DNA from: Verrucomicrobia bacterium ADurb.Bin122
GTDB taxonomy: Bacteria > Verrucomicrobiota > Verrucomicrobiia > Opitutales > Opitutaceae
Assembly (NCBI GenBank): GCA_002070825.1
Contig: MWDT01000001.1
Coordinates: 1 to 51,804, forward strand
Length of the DNA: 51,804 nucleotides
Direction: 5' to 3'
Position numbers and translations under genes: made by a program
Part shown: piece by piece, positions 49,660-51,804 of the stretch
How the letters are laid out: every line of letters starts with the position of its first letter
Numbering within the stretch: position 1 is the stretch's first letter
The notes under the pieces: model-generated
Told to the model about the DNA's origin: nothing
Database searches by the model: none
Seen by the model: only the letters and a program-made list of their open reading frames with translations

Positions 49660-51804
49660 GCGGCCTCCACCTCCTTCTGCTCAACGGGGGCAAGCTCGGC
49701 TGGGATCGCCTCGAGCGCTGCAGTGATCACCGGCAGCGCCGCCGTATCGTGAGCGTTCTGCCGGGCCAACTGCCGATCATAGCGCTGCAGGAGTGCATCC
49801 GCGGCCTCATCCAAGGGGTTCGAGTGTTCCTTGAAGGCGGTCACGATCTCGCGCTCCACCTCCTTGAACCGCTCCGTCAACAGCGTCACAGCGGGCGCGG
49901 TCGCGGATTGGACCACCTCCAAGGCAAGCTCGGAGAACATCTCGAGAATCCGGTTCTTCACTCCGGCTCCGATGTCTTTGCCTTCCTCAACGAACCGCTC
50001 ACAACGCCGCCGGATCGGCCCTTCGATCTTCCGCACCAACTCGGCACGCACCTTGTTCCGCAACTCCTCGACGGCTTCCTTGCCGACGCTGTTGAGGCGC
50101 TGCCGTTGTTGCCGAACCTCCTCCACCAATGCTTCGAGGAGCTTGGTCGTGACCTTGATCCCGCTCGTTTTCGCCCAGGCGAGCACCTCCTTCAGCACTT
50201 CTTCCTGGTACGCGGAGTAATTCGCCGTCTCCTTCCGGATCCCCTGCAGAATCGCACTGCTCCAAACCTGAGCAACCGGAGCCTCGAAACACAGGGAGAA
50301 ATCGTGCGGCAGCTGGATATGCCGAGCCCCGATGAACGTTCCGCTCCGCCGCACCGCGGCGCGCAGCGTGCCCCAATGGGCGTCGCGCAGCTTTCGGAGA
50401 TACGCATTGATCTCTCCTTGGGCCACCGTTGCCGCCCCGTTCACCTTGGCCTCGATCAACTCAGGCACCGTCTTGCGCAGGTAACCGCGAAACTCGCCGC
50501 GCCGGGTATCGAACTCGCGCTGCCGCGGCCCGAGGTACGTCGAAAGCTGTTGCTCCATCTCCTCGCGTTCGTGCTGCGCCCGCGATTCCTCCGAGAGCTG
50601 CGCGCTAAGCAGAGTCAGTCTCGCGCGCAGTTGGCCGAAAAAACCGTCGGCCGCTGCCGCCAGTCGCGCCTCCTTCTCACGCCGATAGTCCTGCGAGACG
50701 CCCACCAGCGCCGCACTCAGGGCCGGAACCTGCGTCTCCTCCACGGTTGTGAGGAAAGACGGCTTCTTTGGGTCGCTCCTGAGGATCTTCCGATACTCCG
50801 GAGCCGACACCGGGAAGACGCGCAGGCCTTCCAACAGCCGCTGGATGATCGTCTGCTTCTCCTCCCTCAGCTTCTCATCCTGGCTCGCCCAAACCTCCGG
50901 CAGGAACTGCTCCAGCTGTTGCTTCACGCTATTCCGGCACGAGGCGACAACCTGCGCGAAGTACTCGGCTTCCGTGTGCGGAGCCTCTCCGTATATCGCC
51001 TCCGCATTCTCATGGTTTGCGACCGCGACATCGTCGATCTTCACCACCGCCACGATAAGCGACACTGGATCGGCACTGGGATCGCCGCTCGCGTGAAGCA
51101 GCCGATTCAGGAATCCCGAAGCTTGCAGCAATTCGGCATCGTCTCGCCGCAGTCCGCCGGAATCGGTCACCAGCATCAGCGCTTTCGCATGATTCCGGAG
51201 AAAGTCCGCGGTGACCGACTCGTAGAGGTCGTTATGCACGCCAATCCCGGGCAAATCGACAATCTCCATGCCCGCCTTCAACATCTCGGACGGCCATTCG
51301 ATCTGCATGTCGGCGATCAGCGGCGCGAGATACTCGCACGCGTGCAGACGAAGTTGTTTCGGGAAGTCCGGGTTGTCTGTGCTCGTGAACACCCGCGTTT
51401 CCTTGGCGCTGCCAAAACGCGTCGCCTCACGTACAGCATCGAGACGCTCCAGATCCTCGCCGATGATGATTGCTCCGTACTTCGGCTTCAGCCCCTGAAC
51501 CCACAACAAAGCGTCGATCAGGTACTCCAGCGAGCGCTCCGCTGTCTGCGAACCCGAGACGAGTAGCCGCGCCCGCCGCTCCGCCTCCACCGTCGCCTTC
51601 TTCTTGTCGGTCTCGGTGCCTTGCTCGAACGACTCGGCCACCTCCACGAGATCCGATTCTCCGCCCGACAAGGTCGACGCGCTTGCGACCGCGGCCGCAG
51701 CGTTCACTTGCGCGGCTTCACGCCGAAGCTTCGCTTCCAAGACAAATCGGGTCTGATTGACCACCTGCTTGCCGTGGTAGCGCACCGTGAATCGTTTCTC
51801 CGCG
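49656..51804 (-). CDS. Dynamin-fold GTPase-like protein (5' end possibly outside the window)
   Basis: The frame stays open to the window edge, and the GTG at 51785 is only a possible start. IVDLPGIG is G3-like and VKID is G4-like, with dynamin-like spacing. The G1 position reads GSQTAERS instead of GxxxxGKS. A long helical C-terminal part follows. ATGA overlap with the SNF2 gene. Confidence 0.6.
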   Translation of the reverse strand, partial: AEKRFTVRYHGKQVVNQTRFVLEAKLRREAAQVNAAAAVASASTLSGGESDLVEVAESFEQGTETDKKKATVEAERRARLLVSGSQTAERSLEYLIDALLWVQGLKPKYGAIIIGEDLERLDAVREATRFGSAKETRVFTSTDNPDFPKQLRLHACEYLAPLIADMQIEWPSEMLKAGMEIVDLPGIGVHNDLYESVTADFLRNHAKALMLVTDSGGLRRDDAELLQASGFLNRLLHASGDPSADPVSLIVAVVKIDDVAVANHENAEAIYGEAPHTEAEYFAQVVASCRNSVKQQLEQFLPEVWASQDEKLREEKQTIIQRLLEGLRVFPVSAPEYRKILRSDPKKPSFLTTVEETQVPALSAALVGVSQDYRREKEARLAAAADGFFGQLRARLTLLSAQLSEESRAQHEREEMEQQLSTYLGPRQREFDTRRGEFRGYLRKTVPELIEAKVNGAATVAQGEINAYLRKLRDAHWGTLRAAVRRSGTFIGARHIQLPHDFSLCFEAPVAQVWSSAILQGIRKETANYSAYQEEVLKEVLAWAKTSGIKVTTKLLEALVEEVRQQRQRLNSVGKEAVEELRNKVRAELVRKIEGPIRRRCERFVEEGKDIGAGVKNRILEMFSELALEVVQSATAPAVTLLTERFKEVEREIVTAFKEHSNPLDEAADALLQRYDRQLARQNAHDTAALPVITAALEAIPAELAPVEQKEVEAA

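Larger units (their letters stand above)
39291..51804. mobile_element. Genomic island (partial, continues beyond the window) carrying umuDC and a five-gene nuclease/helicase operon
   Basis: The left border is marked by the tRNA-Glu 3' fragment and adjacent AT-rich inverted repeats. The content is accessory-type. The right border is not in the window. Confidence 0.45.

Overview
High-GC bacterial chromosome segment, probably Verrucomicrobiota/Opitutales-like (inferred from the MurC-MurB and LpxC-FabZ fusions and gene order). Positions 1-34.5 kb are core genome. They hold the typA 3' end, a TolB-like gene, mrp/apbC, rpmG, a PilB-type ATPase with a stand-alone GspE-N domain gene, and obg. A complete minus-strand dcw cluster follows: mraZ-rsmH-ftsL-ftsI-murE-murF-mraY-murD-LysM-ftsW-murG-murC/B-ddl-ftsQ-ftsA-ftsZ. 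Then come a DUF971 gene, hisI, lpxA, lpxC/fabZ, birA, radC, tRNA-Ser, tsf, rpsB and tRNA-Met. The sequence turns accessory directly after tRNA-Met. (i) About 34.5-39.3 kb is a visibly more AT-rich, integrase-less plasmid-like remnant with a RepA-like initiator, a MobV relaxase fused to a Toprim domain, an iteron cluster and a hairpin-rich oriT-like region. (ii) A tRNA-Glu-like 3' fragment at 39291-39319 marks a second island carrying umuDC and a tightly packed minus-strand operon that runs off the window end. That operon encodes a dynamin-fold protein with a degenerate P-loop, an SNF2 helicase, an Mre11/SbcD-like phosphoesterase, a Rad50/SbcC/YhaN-like ATPase and an HNH nuclease. I consider this five-gene module the best candidate for an undescribed DNA-targeting (defence or repair) system. 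All calls rest on reading the translations and motifs. No database search was run.
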